Part shown: positions 1 to 13,669 of the stretch, one piece after another
Numbering within the stretch: position 1 is the first letter of the stretch
Layout: every line of letters begins with the position of its first letter
From: Polymyxa betae A26-41
Taxonomy: Eukaryota > Protista > Endomyxa: Phytomyxea
Length of the DNA: 64,000 nucleotides
NCBI GenBank assembly: GCA_003693705.1
Contig: RBZT01000441.1
Location: 1 to 64,000, forward strand
Direction: 5' to 3'
The notes under the pieces: generated by a model
The model's database searches: none
The model's input: only the letters and a program-made list of their open reading frames with translations
What the model was told of the DNA's origin: nothing
Program-made: the position numbers and the translations under genes

Positions 1-3000
1 TATGCTTACTTTCTCGCCGATTTAGATTCGGATGGTGTCGGATCTTTAAATGTCGGTGCTGCTAATGTTACCGTTTTATCGTCTCTGCCTGTCTTCATTA
101 CCGCGGCTGACGTCGTACTACAATCGGATTGCTTCCTGAATCTTGGTTTTTCTCCTCTACGCTTAAGGTCTACTGGCTCTCGTGGGTTTAATCTATGCTG
201 CCCATGCAATTCTTTAGGTGATTTCGTCTCTTTATGTAGAGCAGAATTACGTCAGATTTCTGCAAAGGGGTCGTGGACGATTACTAGTTATAACATTTCA
301 GTTTTCTCTATCAATGTTCTCGACATTCCGTCAGATGTATATTTAGTGTCCCCTGCTGTCGGCGGTGCCATCAACTTCTTCGATAACGCCGAGTTTTCTT
401 CGCTGAACGCTAGTTCTGTTTCCGGCATTAACATATACTCCAATATCTCTTCTCTGTTTGGTTCGGTAGTTCTGGATGGTGATTCTCTCCTCAATGGATC
501 TGGAAGTACTCTGATTCATGCCTCTGCTAACCTGATGTCCAACAAAAATCTTTTACTTCATCAAAGGTCGGGTGGATCTGTCAATGTCTCTGCTCCTGTG
601 CTTTTCAGCGCTAGCAAGGACGTAGGTGTTTTTGCCCCTGTTTATATTTCGGGTCAAGGCAGATTCTCTTCAATTTCTCAGACTGGAGCGTTCCGGTGTC
701 TTCAGAGTGGATCAGTTCATTCAGTCTCTGCCAACGTGACCTCTTTGATGTTCTCTGCCTCAGATTTCTTGCTAGGTGATTTGTGCTCAGTGAATGCATA
801 TTCAGCCGATTTGATTATTACCCCGTCCCCAAACTCTGGCCTCACAGTTGGTGATAGCTCCCTGGTTTCGATGATTTCTGCCTCAGAGTTATCTCTGTTT
901 AAAACCAGCTTAAACCTTTATCTCGGTGATTCACACACGAGCTTTATATTGCTTTACAATGTGCTGTATACCCACCTTGTTCAGTCTATAACTGTACAAA
1001 CTGCTTCGGATCATGCCTCGAACATCACTGTTTTCGGCAACTTCAACGTTTCGAATCCGGTGATTTCTGAATTAGTTCTCGTTGCCCCATCTATTCATAT
1101 TGAAGGGTTTTTGTCGTGTTTCTGCCATTTGTTTTTGAGACCCTCTGTAGACACCAACATCACCATTGGCTCCGCCGATGGAACCTTTGCCTTTACTGAG
1201 CAATCCCTGAACTTTATTTCAACTAATCGAACTGTCACCATTGGTGGATACTTTGCACAATCTGTATCCGTTTTTCCAATCCAATTCATTACATGTCCTG
1301 GCTGCCTTGAAGTTGTAGCGGCGGATGAATCCTTCTACTTAGGTTCATGGGACAACAGCACGGTGCAGTTTGTCTATCCATCGTCGCTAGCAAATTCCTT
1401 GCCAGAGTTTTCTCTGCAAGAAAAGTCTGTTCGTCTCTCTGTGAAATCTCGAATTGATGAATCTCTAGAGGATTATTTGCACTGCCAAGTTTCTGCCGTT
1501 TTTGCCTCTATATCTGTCAGTCCTGAATTTGGCGCTTTCCAATCTCAAATAACCCAGATAGACAGTCATTCTGTCGATATATTTGGTTCTCCCAAAGATG
1601 TAAAGGCTATTCTGCAAAGTAACATTCAGTATGTCCAACCACTCATGTTTCGGGGAAAGGACGCTGTATCTGTTCGGTTCCCGGAATCTGTCAATTCTGG
1701 AATTTCATTAAGGCAAAGTTTTTTGGAATTTCAGCTAGACCAGCCATTCACTGGATTGCTGTCTACTCTACTTACTGGGCCTTTTACACTTCAAGGCTCC
1801 TTGGCTTCGTTCATGCACCCAGCTGGGATAATATTTGATCCAAACCGGTCATTATTGTATATCAGCGATTCTGGTGCCAATTGCATTCGCGCAACAACCT
1901 TGGATGGCAATGTTACTAATCTCGCAGGGAATTTCAAGGCAGGATTTTCTGACGGTCTGGGTAACCAGGCCCGCTTCAATCGACCTCGAGGGTTAGCCGT
2001 TCTCTCCAACGGGAATGTTCTTGTATGTGATACTGAGAACCATGCTATTCGTTCGATCTCACCAGAAGGAAATGTGACGACTTTGGCATCTGGGTATTCA
2101 GTTTTTCGAAGACCGACATCATTATATTATTCAAACTCGAGCGGTGCAATTTTCATTGCCGACACTGAGAATAATCGTATAGCCCGATTATTCCCGAATG
2201 GATCTGTTTTTACATTTGCTGGGGACGGCCAGTTTGGATATCGCGATGCAGTTTCTGGATTATCGGCTAAGTTTAGGCATCCAACTGGGGTTGTACTTGA
2301 CTCAGCAGGAAACCTATTTGTTGCAGACTCTTTGAATCATTGTGTTCGCAAAGTATCCCCCTCTGGCGCTGTTTCAACTTTTGCAGGCTCTCCTTTATTG
2401 CATGGGTTTGCGGACGGACCTGGCCCAATCGCCCGCTTTCATAAGCCGATCACATTAACCATCGATAGTAGCGACAATCTTTTCGTCTCCGATCTGTACA
2501 ATCACGCTGTCAGGAAAATAACGCCTTCTGGCGTTGTCTCCACAATATCAGGAGGCTATCCTGGTTATGCTGACGGCCCAAGTCTCTCATTAGGCCGTCT
2601 ACAGTATCCGTTTTCTTTAACTATTGCTTCTGATTCATCCATGTATATAGCAGATAGTGGAAATCGCGCTGTTCGCCAAATCCTACCTGTTAATTCGGTT
2701 CCCATTGTCAGTACTGTTGTTCCGCCTTTCTCTACAAGTCGCGGTGGAATCTATGTCAACGTTTCAGGCGTTTTTGATATCGACCCTCCGACACTTTTTT
2801 GCAAGTTTGGAGCAAATGTTATATTCCCAGCGATTTTCCTTCACAATCGTTTGATTCAATGCGTTACCCCGGCCTCTGCCGCTGGTCAATCGCTTCTTCG
2901 CATAATCCATAAATTCAACTATAACGAGCGTTACGATATCAAGCAATACTTATACTCAAGCAATTCTATTCTATTTCGATTTGTGGACTCGAGCTCTCTT

Positions 3001-4489
3001 TATTCAATACGGAAGATCTCACCATCTTATGGCCTCACAAGTGGAGATACTAGAGTGACCATTTTCGGAGATGACTTCTTCAATTCTGTTTCAATTTACT
3101 GTCGCTTTGATCAGCAGATTGTTCGACCTGTGCTATTCAACAGAGGCTATATTGTCTGTAATGCACCTCCTCATGCTGCGGGAAAAGTCCCGGTTGCAAT
3201 AACTTTTGATGGGCAGCAATGGTCCCAAGATTCGAGAGCGCTTTTTGAGTACGGAGAGCGCCCTGGCGTCTTGAGACTTGTTCCTTCTTCAGGTCCGATT
3301 GGCGCTAGAACGCTGATAACCGTACTAGGATCAGGATTTCGGAAGTCGCCTTCGGCTTACTGTTTCTTTGGGCTCGAAAAAGTTCCTGTTGTTTATCAAT
3401 CAAATTCAAGCATACTTTGTGTTACTCCTATCCATATGTTTCCAGAAACGAAAACGTTCACTGTTACCATGAATGGGAATTATGACGATGGTTCTGGTTC
3501 AGGAATCTCTTTCGATTTTGTGCATGGCGTTAAGATATCTAAACTGACTCCTGATATGGGGCCTGCTAGCGGCGGTACCACGGTCAATATCACTGGCTCC
3601 GGTTTCACAGACATTACAGCAAACTTCTGCAAATTTGGAGAATCGGGTCCTGTCTTACCTGTACTGAATAAGACCGACTCATGGGTTATCTGTCAAACCG
3701 GTGCTACAGAGGCTAGGACTGTATCTGTATATTTAGGAAGTGCTATTTCCGATCTCTCTCAGACAGGTGCGTTGAATTTCAGGACGTACTGAATTGTGCT
3801 CACGCCATATTGTAGGCTATAGGACATTCCGCTTCACAGAGCCAGAGTTACTAGCTTCTGTTCGCCCTTCATTTGGACCAGTTTCTGGAGGAACCTCTAT
3901 TACAGTTTCAGGCTTGAACTTTGTGAATACTCCTTCGTTATTGTGCTCCTTTGGAGAAGCAGGCACCACCAAGGGACGCTTCGTCTCGAAGTCAGCACTT
4001 GTCTGTTCAACGCCTGCATATATCTCCGGAGTCGTCGACGTTCGCATAAGCAATAATGGTTACGACTTCTCCGAATCCAGCCAAATCTTTGAATATCGAC
4101 CCAATGAACAAGTCGACTCGATAACTCCCACGTTCGGGTTCATATTCGAGTCCATCAATGTGCACGTTTGGGGTAGGAATTTCTACCACTCCAGTTTGCT
4201 TCGTTGCTATTTTACAGGGGTCTCTATTTCTACTCCAATATTTATTAATAGCATGCACATCATCTGCCCAACACCAAAAGTTCATACACCGACCAACACG
4301 AGTGTTTATATTATGAACAACGGCCAGAATCCATCCAGTACATCATCTCAGTTCCAATACCTTGCTCGTCCGCGAATTTCTCGAGTGTATCCTGACAGTG
4401 CTGCTATTACCGGAGGATCCTCAATCTTACTTACTTTAGAGCAAGGCCAGCAATTCAACAACTGGAGCTGCTCGTTCTCAACTGCTTAA
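1..4489 (+). CDS. Large secreted/surface-type protein (5'-truncated): Ser-rich beta-repeat region, cadherin/Ig-like module, 6 NHL repeats, 6 full plus 1 partial IPT/TIG domains
   Basis: Frame 1 is open from base 1. NHL motifs (e.g. FRHPTGVVLDSAGNLFVADSLNHCVRKV) and IPT motifs (e.g. LTPDMGPASGGTTVNITGSGF) are present. One GT-AG intron, 3767-3815, joins the two ORFs in frame. Confidence 0.85.
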
Positions 4490-4715
4490 TCTATCTGTTT
4501 TTAAACCTAGTTAAATATAAAACATCTACCAGTAAACTGTAATAAATTATACTCATTGTTTAATATCATTTGGTGCGAAGATTCGGTGAGAAGGCTTTTT
4601 GTTAGTGTTATATTCGCAACTTCAATTACTGACTTGATTGGAGGGTGAAGCCATTGGAATGTGGACTGTACAAACCGGTATGTCAGTTTAAGCTCTTCGT
4701 TACTGTACTGTTCAG

Positions 4716-6077
4716 ATGTCCTCCTTCACTCTTGATCGTCTTCTTATTCTCCAAGCTGGCCATTGCTTTGCCAGATTCTCAGATGGGGTCTCGATCTGGG
4801 TCGGCGACGCCGGACTTGATTGTGTCGTTATCGATCGCGATGGCTCTCAGCTCTCATATGTCCCCCAATATGCGCCACAATCTCGCTCCAGCATTCGGCA
4901 GCGGCTTCAGTTAGTATTCGCCATTCGGAATCGATTCCATCCAGTTCCAATTGCTTTGGTCAATTTCGTCACGCCTGATGCGAGCCCTTATTCTCATATG
5001 GTTCGATGGCCGCGGTTCCCGGTTTCTTCTCTCTGTAATTTTATTTCCACGAATGAATCTATCGTACATTCTTGTTGCCGTAATTACAGCCTCCGAATTA
5101 TTTATAAGATGCTACATCTAACATTTCCGATTCCGATTTCAGGCAGTAACGGATCTGTTTTCATAGAGCAATTATGGCCTATTGAAGACTGTCCAAACAG
5201 CTGGAGACATGCTGTTAATCTTGCAGTGCTGGCTGAGAACCCGTCTGAAAGTTTAGATGAGATTGTCATCGATATGTCTCTAGCTAAATCCCGGTCACGC
5301 CTTTCTAAAACTCTCTATCAGCACAGCACATCTCTTACATCTCTGGATACCGCCCTACCAGATCACAATCCAGTTATGGTCGAATGGACGCCTGATGGAG
5401 TTTGGCATGTCATTGATAAGGGTCGAGCGATTAGTGCTACGTTTGCTTCTGACCATTCGATCTTACGTTCAAGCAATTTGAAGTTCTTCGAGCATCTATC
5501 GTCATGGTCGCCACCAGCTCTTTATAGTGTCGAACATATTGGGGAGATGGATTTTGCATCGTCTCCTTTACCAATAACATCAGCCATACATCGGGCCTGC
5601 AGATTGCTGCTTCATTATCGTGCCAACAATATTTTAAATCAACAACAAGGCTTGCAAGCAGCGATTGGTCCAGCGATATCAAGTATCAAACGGCATACCT
5701 GCTCTGTGACTTCCGTTGGTGAATTTACATGTTTCGAGGATGGGCGGATCTCGGTTCGGTAAGCAGACTCTTTGGCTGATTGGACACGCTGACTTGTGCT
5801 GTTTTTTAGATTCTTTGACAGGACTATTGTCCATTTAAATCCAGCTCAACAACGATTGGAGCTTATTGTTCGTGATGGCAGCAGTGTCGGTATCAATCTT
5901 CCCTGCAATGATCTAAGTGATGATCTTATAAGTTACGTGCGCTCTACTATTGATTATTTCTACTGGGTCAATATGCCTCCTGAAGAGCGTCAAGAAAATG
6001 AACTGAAGGCGCTGGAGCGTAACAAGCTGATATTGAAAGAACTGCAGCTCACTGAGGCCTTCCTGAACAATTGCTAA
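4716..6077 (+). CDS. Conserved hypothetical protein, C5orf34-like (DUF4524/DUF4520-like)
   Basis: IRQRLQLVFAIRNRF and VGEFTCFEDGRISVRFFDRTIVHL resemble the C5orf34 N- and C-terminal domains. Intron 5759-5809 restores the frame. Confidence 0.55.
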
Positions 6078-6613
6078 ATTCTGGTCATACAAATGCTGCA
6101 GGCTAGAAGCTTGCGAGCACTTTTACGCTTTATGCAGTAAATGCTTTCGTCAACTTCCGCTGCCTGTCCAGCATGCTTTTAATTTGTTTTCTTCTCACGA
6201 TTCGACGATGGTGAAACTCGCCAGTAAGCTCCTTGTTTATTAATGGAAGTTCCATTGCGCAGCAACGCTATTGTTGCTATCATCAACGATTTTGTATCTA
6301 ACTGCCGCCAATCTGATCTATCTCGTTGATACCAGTGCAAGCTATAGCTGGTGTACTTTGGTCGCCATCAATATTTTGATCGCGTTCCCCTCGTCCGGTT
6401 TCAACAAATGTAGGTTCAAGTTACTGCTAGTACCTGGACATGAAATATCACTGAGAACCTAAACATTGGTGACATTCAAGAAGTGACATCAAGCAGTGAA
6501 TTATCACCTTACCACTAATTCACTACAGAACATCAATAATGATTGCACCATACGATCAACAATGAGACCAAATCCTATTACCAAACGAGACCAAATGTGT
6601 ATTATTGAGAGAT

Positions 6614-7588
6614 TTAATTATCATCGCTGTGATCATCGTCATTGCTCTGGGCATCATCGTCGCTGTGGAAGACGGTGTCAAGCTCATCGGTAGTGTCCCT
6701 GAATGGTTCCATCTTCTGCTCATAAGAAGATTGGCTTCTAACTCTATCCACATAGGTGTTAGTAGTCTTCTCTTTAGCTAATGATCGCATCTGTTCACAA
6801 TCAGAATATGTCAGCGAACCCCAATGCCAAAATACCTTAGTAGGCGTCACATAGCCGTCATTAGAGTAAAGGGTTTCGCCTTGGAAACTGCCAGCGAATA
6901 TCTTGATAGGCTGCAAGCAAAACCGGGGACCAATCTCAACCAAGGTCGGGTCAACATTGGCCTTAGAGTTAGACGAATCATACACGATCTGATAATTTCG
7001 GAACCAGATACGACCATCGAGATAGTAGAAGGAGAAAACATGGTCGATGAAAGGCTTGGTCTTAGGATGACCACGAGGGCTCCCGAATATCTGTATGAGC
7101 ATCTGTTTCATTAGCTGAAGCTGAGGAAGTTCGCTGAACAAGGCGTCAAAAGACAGAATTGGACGAGACCCTTTGAGGCAGTTTCCAGTTAATTTCAACT
7201 CATCCATGGTATGAATGTTCTGAGTGAGAAACTTAGCAGACGGTCCATGGGGAGTCTTCGACGCCCAAAGATATAAATCCGAATGGCGACGGGCCTCAAA
7301 GAATAAGCAACTATTGCAGTTATTCATATCACAAACATCATTGACGCCAAACAAGGTGCCCTTGTTGTCGTATTTGCACTCTTTCTTGCTGTGAGGCAGT
7401 AGATTACGAAGATCGTCCATCAGATGGCGATCGCAATGACGGATGCCTTGGGTTGAGAAAACCAGCGTTCTCTGCTTGTTGATATGCTTGGTCTGAGTTT
7501 TACGTCCTGCAGCTATTGCTTCAACATCCTCGACTTTGGTCTTCTTGGCAATATTGCCATCTTCTTTCTGTTGCTTTCTTTTATACAT
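6614..7588 (-). CDS. BRX1: Ribosome biogenesis protein Brx1 (Brix domain)
   Basis: Motifs RHLMDDLRNLLPHSKKE, GPSAKF, HTMDELKLTGNCLKGSRPILSFD and LVEIGPRFCL. A 45-nt in-frame intron lies at 6791-6835. Confidence 0.95.
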   Translation of the reverse strand: MYKRKQQKEDGNIAKKTKVEDVEAIAAGRKTQTKHINKQRTLVFSTQGIRHCDRHLMDDLRNLLPHSKKECKYDNKGTLFGVNDVCDMNNCNSCLFFEARRHSDLYLWASKTPHGPSAKFLTQNIHTMDELKLTGNCLKGSRPILSFDALFSELPQLQLMKQMLIQIFGSPRGHPKTKPFIDHVFSFYYLDGRIWFRNYQIVYDSSNSKANVDPTLVEIGPRFCLQPIKIFAGSFQGETLYSNDGYVTPTKVFWHWGSLTYSDCEQMRSLAKEKTTNTYVDRVRSQSSYEQKMEPFRDTTDELDTVFHSDDDAQSNDDDHSDDN

Positions 7589-7797
7589 AGCTGCTGGATT
7601 GAAGACAACGCTATCACCAAACTGTACAGAGGAGATTGTTCCAGAAAGGGTGATTCGCACTCCGTGACGGACTTTTGACCAAATGCGATTCCCTCGAAAA
7701 AACAAAAAAACCCATCAGTCATCATCAAACGTCATCGTTGAAGCTATTTACTTTATTGTTATTATATCACGAGGTGAAATAAAAGACCATGAAATCA

Positions 7798-9111
7798 TCA
7801 CAGACCTTCTACCGATGTGCTTAGCTTATCTAATTCTTGCACGATTCGCCCAAATTGAAAAGGTCTTTTGGGTGCCAAAGGATTCGAAGCTGCATCCATA
7901 GCATCCAAGTTCTCGATTCTATTACACAGTGCTATCAGGTGAAAAAATACACGCTAAATGCTTTGATTACGCATGGAAAAATGCTCGAAGTTGTCTAAGG
8001 CTGCTACATAACTTGCTGATTTGGGCATCTCGCTCCTGGACCTTCTTCTCTAACGAGATTGTGACCTTCTCTTTCTTTCGCCTGCTATCAGCAGCTTTAT
8101 CCAGTGACTTCTGCGTACTGGCCAGCATCTTGTCACTTTGCGTTAACTGTCGTCGGGTCTAAGGCGTGGCAATTCAATTTCTTCATGCATTGGGATATCG
8201 TGCTTAAAAGTCAGACCTGCTCTAATTCACTCTCCAGAGACATCTGAGAATGCTTAGCAAGTGTTAATGCTTGATTTAGGTGGACCTTATCGCGTTCAAT
8301 CTAAACATCTTACTTAGCTGCGATATCATCAACAAGAAACAGATACGTTGCCATATCGCTGATTGAGCTGATCCAGATCAGCCTGTAATTTCGCAATCTG
8401 TTGTGCAGCTTGCTGATTCTCATTCGTTGTATGACGGTTCACATCCAGAACCTGATAATAATCTTGTCGTAATGTATCCAGATCCGTCGTCAATTTTGAC
8501 ACTTGTTGTCGTAAAGCGCTCAAATCCGAAAGGTGAGTTCGTTGGATCGACTCAAGTTCTGATACACGAGATTTCGACTCGTTTAGTTCTGCCTAATATG
8601 AACGTAATGGGCGCCTGATATTCTCATCAGCAAATGGGAAGACCTGTAGTTGATCTCGACACTTCTCCGATTTCTGCAAACAATCCAGGCGTTCTTCATC
8701 AAACTTAGCAGCGCGATCGAGAGCCGCTTCCAGCTGTTTCGAGCGACTCTCAACGTCAGCGATTTTGAGATGAAGTGCATGTTGACCTTTCTGCAGATGA
8801 TACCGTTCTAATCGCATCTCATCAGATTCTGATATGAACGCGTCAATAGATGTCCACAGATCAGAAATCGCAGCTGTTGCATTATTCTTCTATAGGAGAT
8901 GTGTTAGCCATAGTCGATGGCAGAAGTGTTCAGGAAATTCAACCTGGACTTGAAATACAAGGACCTCAATCTTCGAACAATCTGTCTCTTGGTATTCTAG
9001 ATCACGACGAAGCTCGGAACAAAGATGATCGAACTCGTGATAATAGTCTGGTGTAGCACCTGGTTCCAATACATAATGGTCTTCTCCAACCTGGGATGAT
9101 GATCTATCCAT
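7798..9111 (-). CDS. Multi-exon coiled-coil protein, unknown function
   Basis: Heptad-rich exons (e.g. LRQQVSKLTTDLDTLRQDY) are separated by short GT-AG introns, one with a CTAAC branch site. Ends are approximate. Confidence 0.6.
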
Positions 9112-9248
9112 GAAATCATAGAGACTGGATCATCATCATTAATGGCATTTCTACACCTACTCGGCACAGGACGTCTATATAAAGTCCGACATTTTCGAAA
9201 GGATTTTATCTCTAAAGTAAGAAGAATGGTACATATACAATAGGATGC

Positions 9249-10366
9249 TTAACGCCATGTTACTGGAACCTCATCTAGATTGCAGCCTCAATAACGAAGC
9301 AGATAGAGAGAGGACTAATAAACAAACCTGTTCTATAACGTTGTGTTGTGGTAGATTCATGCAGAGGCGTCGTCGCACCCGCCTTAAACATCAAACATCC
9401 CGCATGAGCGATCATAGCACCATTGTCGATCGCATACCTATCAGCAATCAAACATGGGCCAGCATTCTTTCACTCGGCAGCAGCAGCGCCAACCAACCTT
9501 TCATCGATTGTGCAGACCGTTGCACTACGTTGTTGGCACATTCTGCCCATCATCTGCTGCAAGCGTTCATTACAGCCGACGCCGCCGACGATCAGGACGC
9601 TATCGTGACCACAATGTGCCATAGCTCGTTCAGTGACTTCGACGAGCATAGCGAAGATCGTTTCTTGCAGCGAATAGCACAGATCAGCTTCGGTACATTC
9701 GCCGCTGGCCAGCAACGTCTTCGCCGACGATTGAATGAACGTGAGGAGGCCGGCGAACGACACGTCCATGCCTTTGACCACGTAAGGTAGCTCGATCAGC
9801 TTCGTGCCTTTCCTGGCCAATATCTCGATATTATAACCAGGAGATGGGTCGTTGGAAAGACCCAGATCGCGAGCGAATCGATCGAGGCAGTTGCCGACAG
9901 CAATATCGATGGTTTCACCGAATATTCGATATCTGCCATTAGCATAGGAGATGATCTGTGTATTACCACCAGAGACGTATAATACAGCTGGATTATCAGC
10001 TTTAGTAACTGAACGACCCATTTCTATATGACCAATGCAATGATTAACACCAACTAATGGCAACGACCAAAGCTGGCTTAGAATGCGGGCGACAACGGCG
10101 ACCGCCTGCAAAGGCGCTCCCATCCCGGGACCTTTCGTGTAAGCGATCAAATCGAGTTTGTCGGGAGATAGGTTTGCCTGGCAAAGGGCGTCTTTAATCA
10201 GCGCAATGATCCATTGCTGATGGTGCTGGGCGGTTTCTCGAGGCAGAAATCCGGTCCCAGGAGGCGTCACAAACGTGTGGCGAACATTGGCGAGGATGTT
10301 GGCGTCTTCATCGACGATACCGATGCCGAGTTTGTTGGCGGACCCCTCCAAGCCCAGCACGATCAT
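9249..10366 (-). CDS. KAE1: tRNA t6A threonylcarbamoyltransferase Kae1/OSGEP
   Basis: Motifs [33 protein letters not shown] and [17 protein letters not shown]. Two 3' introns give the ending [10 protein letters not shown]...[13 protein letters not shown]. Confidence 0.97.
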
Positions 10367-10552
10367 AACAACGCCAGCAGACAATTAGCAAATTGATCAA
10401 GAATGCGCCTACAAACCCTAACCCTGGACATTTCCAGCATGTAGAGTTTTGAAAAGTCCCAAAACAAAGAACAAAATGCGTACGCAGAAATGAAAAACTG
10501 CGCGCAGTGAACGAGAGCACTTTGATAAAGATGTGTTTTAATATGAAAGAAT

Positions 10553-13500
10553 CTACCAGCGACGGTCGTCAGCCGGTCTGGGTCGAGCAGCTTGCATAGG
10601 GCGTGATTGCCAGGCCCCGGGTTCTTTGCCCGCCACGACACCACCGTACTTCCCATGCGAATGGCGATGTTCCAAGCTGCGTTCGTTCTGTTCAACCAGA
10701 ACACCAATCTGGTCGGCGAAATGCAGCGCTGCAGATTGGAGCTCGTTGGGAAGGACAGCCTTCATGTGTATGGACTTGGTGGCCGCATCCCACTGACCCT
10801 GAAAGACGCTAATTAGAATAAGACACAGCAGATAATATATTGGCTCAACCAGTAATCTATCGTTGGCCATCAGGCGAGAGGCGATAGCATGAACATCCCG
10901 TTCCGACATATCGAAACGAGACGCGAGACGTTCGCCCGAGATCTTGATGTAGTTGGCGCCAAGAGCCAGAAGGAACGTTTCTAAGGCGACTTCTTTGACA
11001 GACTTGTTCAAAGCAGCTTGAGCTATTTCCGAGAATGGAATCAGGTTCCACATTCTCAATTGCATGAGATGCTCTAAAGCCAACTTCCAATCGCCTGCGT
11101 CGCAAAACGTTAATCGCAGCGAACAGAACACAAAGCGCAGAACCAACCGTCGCTCAAGGCGATCGCTGAAGCAATCACGTAATCACGTGTGTTTTCAGGC
11201 GGGCCGTTAAAGGCGTTCTTGTGGAAGCTATCCCATAATCGACGGAAATTACGAGAAATGACATGGCGCTTATCATCGGCAGCATGAACAGCTAGATTGG
11301 GTACTTCTAGAAGCATAGCAGAAACCAAATGAACAGATTCCAGCAGATCCAAACTGATGTGCATGTGATAGGGGACCTGACGGCGCCTTTCAAGCTTCTC
11401 CTGTTCGGTATCGCGATCTTGCTGCCAAGATCGCTGGCTGACGCCCTGGCGAACATAAATTCTCAAACACGCTGACCGCACTCGATCATACCTGAGCAAG
11501 GAGCTCTTTGATCTTTCCTGTGGCGTACAGATCGGCAACCAGGTTGAGAGCATCAGATAGAAGACCGAGACGGAAAGCACAGACCGACATCATGGCTAAT
11601 GCACGATTGTAAAGGATTTGTGTCGAGATATCAGCTTGCTGAATCGAATCCTGTAGATGACATTTAGACGCCAGTTTCGTCCAAATACAGGAACGATGAC
11701 CTGGATGTGAGCCATCAGGAAGGCATCACGAGCTTTGCAAAAATGGCCATGCATAGCATAATGATAAGCGGTGCAAATGATAGCGCGGGCCTTCGACCGT
11801 CCATCCTCGCCTTTGTAGATGATCGCGCACAAGCGATGAAGAAGGATGTCATCACCCTGTGACAAGATTGAAATGACATCACGACGATATTGAATGGCCG
11901 TACATGAAGCAATGCCAACGGATCCTGCTGCTTCTGAGAGTAACCAGGTGATTGAATATCAAATGATGAATCGTATTTAACGTAGAGATATTCGACACGA
12001 AGCATGGCGAGCAGACCGACAAACTGGATCTTCTTGATCGCTAAACGAATCACGAATTCAGTTCCATAGAAACCAGCAGGTAGCGATCCGTCCTACATTG
12101 ATAGTAATCCTGCGATCTTGCCAATAGAAGCATTAACGTCGGCTCATCATTAAGACGATCCAGATACTCCTGCGTATGCGGATCGATGATCTGCAACGAG
12201 GCGATGTATTCGTCTGATAGACGAGCAGCAAACGAATAGATGCTACCGGCAACGTATTCTTGACCTAACAGCAATTAAGCATTTCGATTGGCGTCGATTC
12301 CAAAAACAGACAGACCATCGTCACGTTTACGACGAGCCTGAGGAGCAAAAGTACGAAGTTCTCCCGCTTCCAGAACCGGCTTGTTCTCGACAATGACGGG
12401 CAGAGGCGTGTTAACATCCGGAAGCTCATCACCAGCGAACACCGTCTCCTCGATATCACCGTCTTCGATGAGATGGACATCGGGATTATCGCTGAGCGCC
12501 GCCAGGATCTCATCGAGGATCTGGCAGGCCTGCTGCCATAACGGCACCTGCATATGCGTCCCCGAATTGAAGTTCACATCGAACATCGCCGACATCAACG
12601 TGATCTTCACTTTCAGAACAGCGGGGACCGAGGACGCCTTCGTCGAGAGCAGCTTCAGATCTTTGATGGCCTGATAGCGATCGGCACCACGTTTGCCTCG
12701 CATCGATTGGATGGCGTTCAGCTTCTGATGAATGAGCTCGGGCGTGTATTCGATCTCCTTCTCCTCCTTCATCTCCGCCTTCTGCTTCAGCTTCTTCTCT
12801 TTGTCTTTCGGCAGTTTCTGACGACGACGTTCGGCCTTGGTCATCTCCTCCTCGTCGTCCTTCGTCTTCTTCACCCAGAACGAACTAAGCGAACGATATC
12901 AGAAACGAATCAGGGCCAGACGGATGGGCGAGTATTACCGCGACATGGCTGGGTGCGACAGATCGATACTGGATTCGGATGATTCGGATTCGTCAGAAAA
13001 GTCGCTGAAATCGGATTCGGAAGCGGCGCCGTCCCCGAACTGTTCGTCGTCGTCATCCTCCTCTTCGCTGGATCCCGATTCGGACCCCGATTCGCTTTCG
13101 CTTGCGGACTCCTGCTCGGATTCCGACTCGCTCTCCTCATCGCTTTCTTCCACCTCGGAATGAGCGTCGGGTGCGGCTCGGTATTCGGTGATGAAGCGTT
13201 CGTACTCCTTGTTGTTCTTACGAAGTTTCTGCTTGAGCGTGTTGAGAGCCTTGTTATTGGCCGTCGACATCTTCGACTTGTATTCCTTATCCTGAGCGAC
13301 CTCACCCACTCGAAGATCGAGATCAGAGATGGCTTTGATATACATTCGTGGAATGCCTTCCTTCTGGATGACATTCTTCGACTTTTCCATCACTTTTCCA
13401 AGCTGTTCGAATGTCTTCAGGGCTTGAACCCAGTCATTGATCTTCACCGAGTTTCGCAGAACTTTGATGGTGGCACTCAGCGCCTCGTATCGCTTGTCTT

Positions 13501-13669
13501 TCGCGGAACGAACGACACGCTTCTCCTCTTCGGAGGACGACGAATCGTACATGAGCATGGCGGCCTGGGCTTGCTCTCGGTTCTGCATCTGACCGCCCAT
13601 ACCGCCTTCATCGCTCGACGAATATTCCGACTCATTGTCGGATGTGCGCATAGCGAAGAACCGCGACAT
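10553..13669 (-). CDS. EIF3C: Translation initiation factor eIF3 subunit C (multi-exon)
   Basis: Starts MSRFF and contains KRVVRSAKDKRYE, RRQVPYHMHISLDLLESV and FNGPPENTRDYV, with a C-terminal PCI domain. Confidence 0.95.

Noticed and set aside
6080-6560. Possible small minus-strand gene with an intron-like segment
   Set aside because: I could not assemble a stop-free spliced frame.
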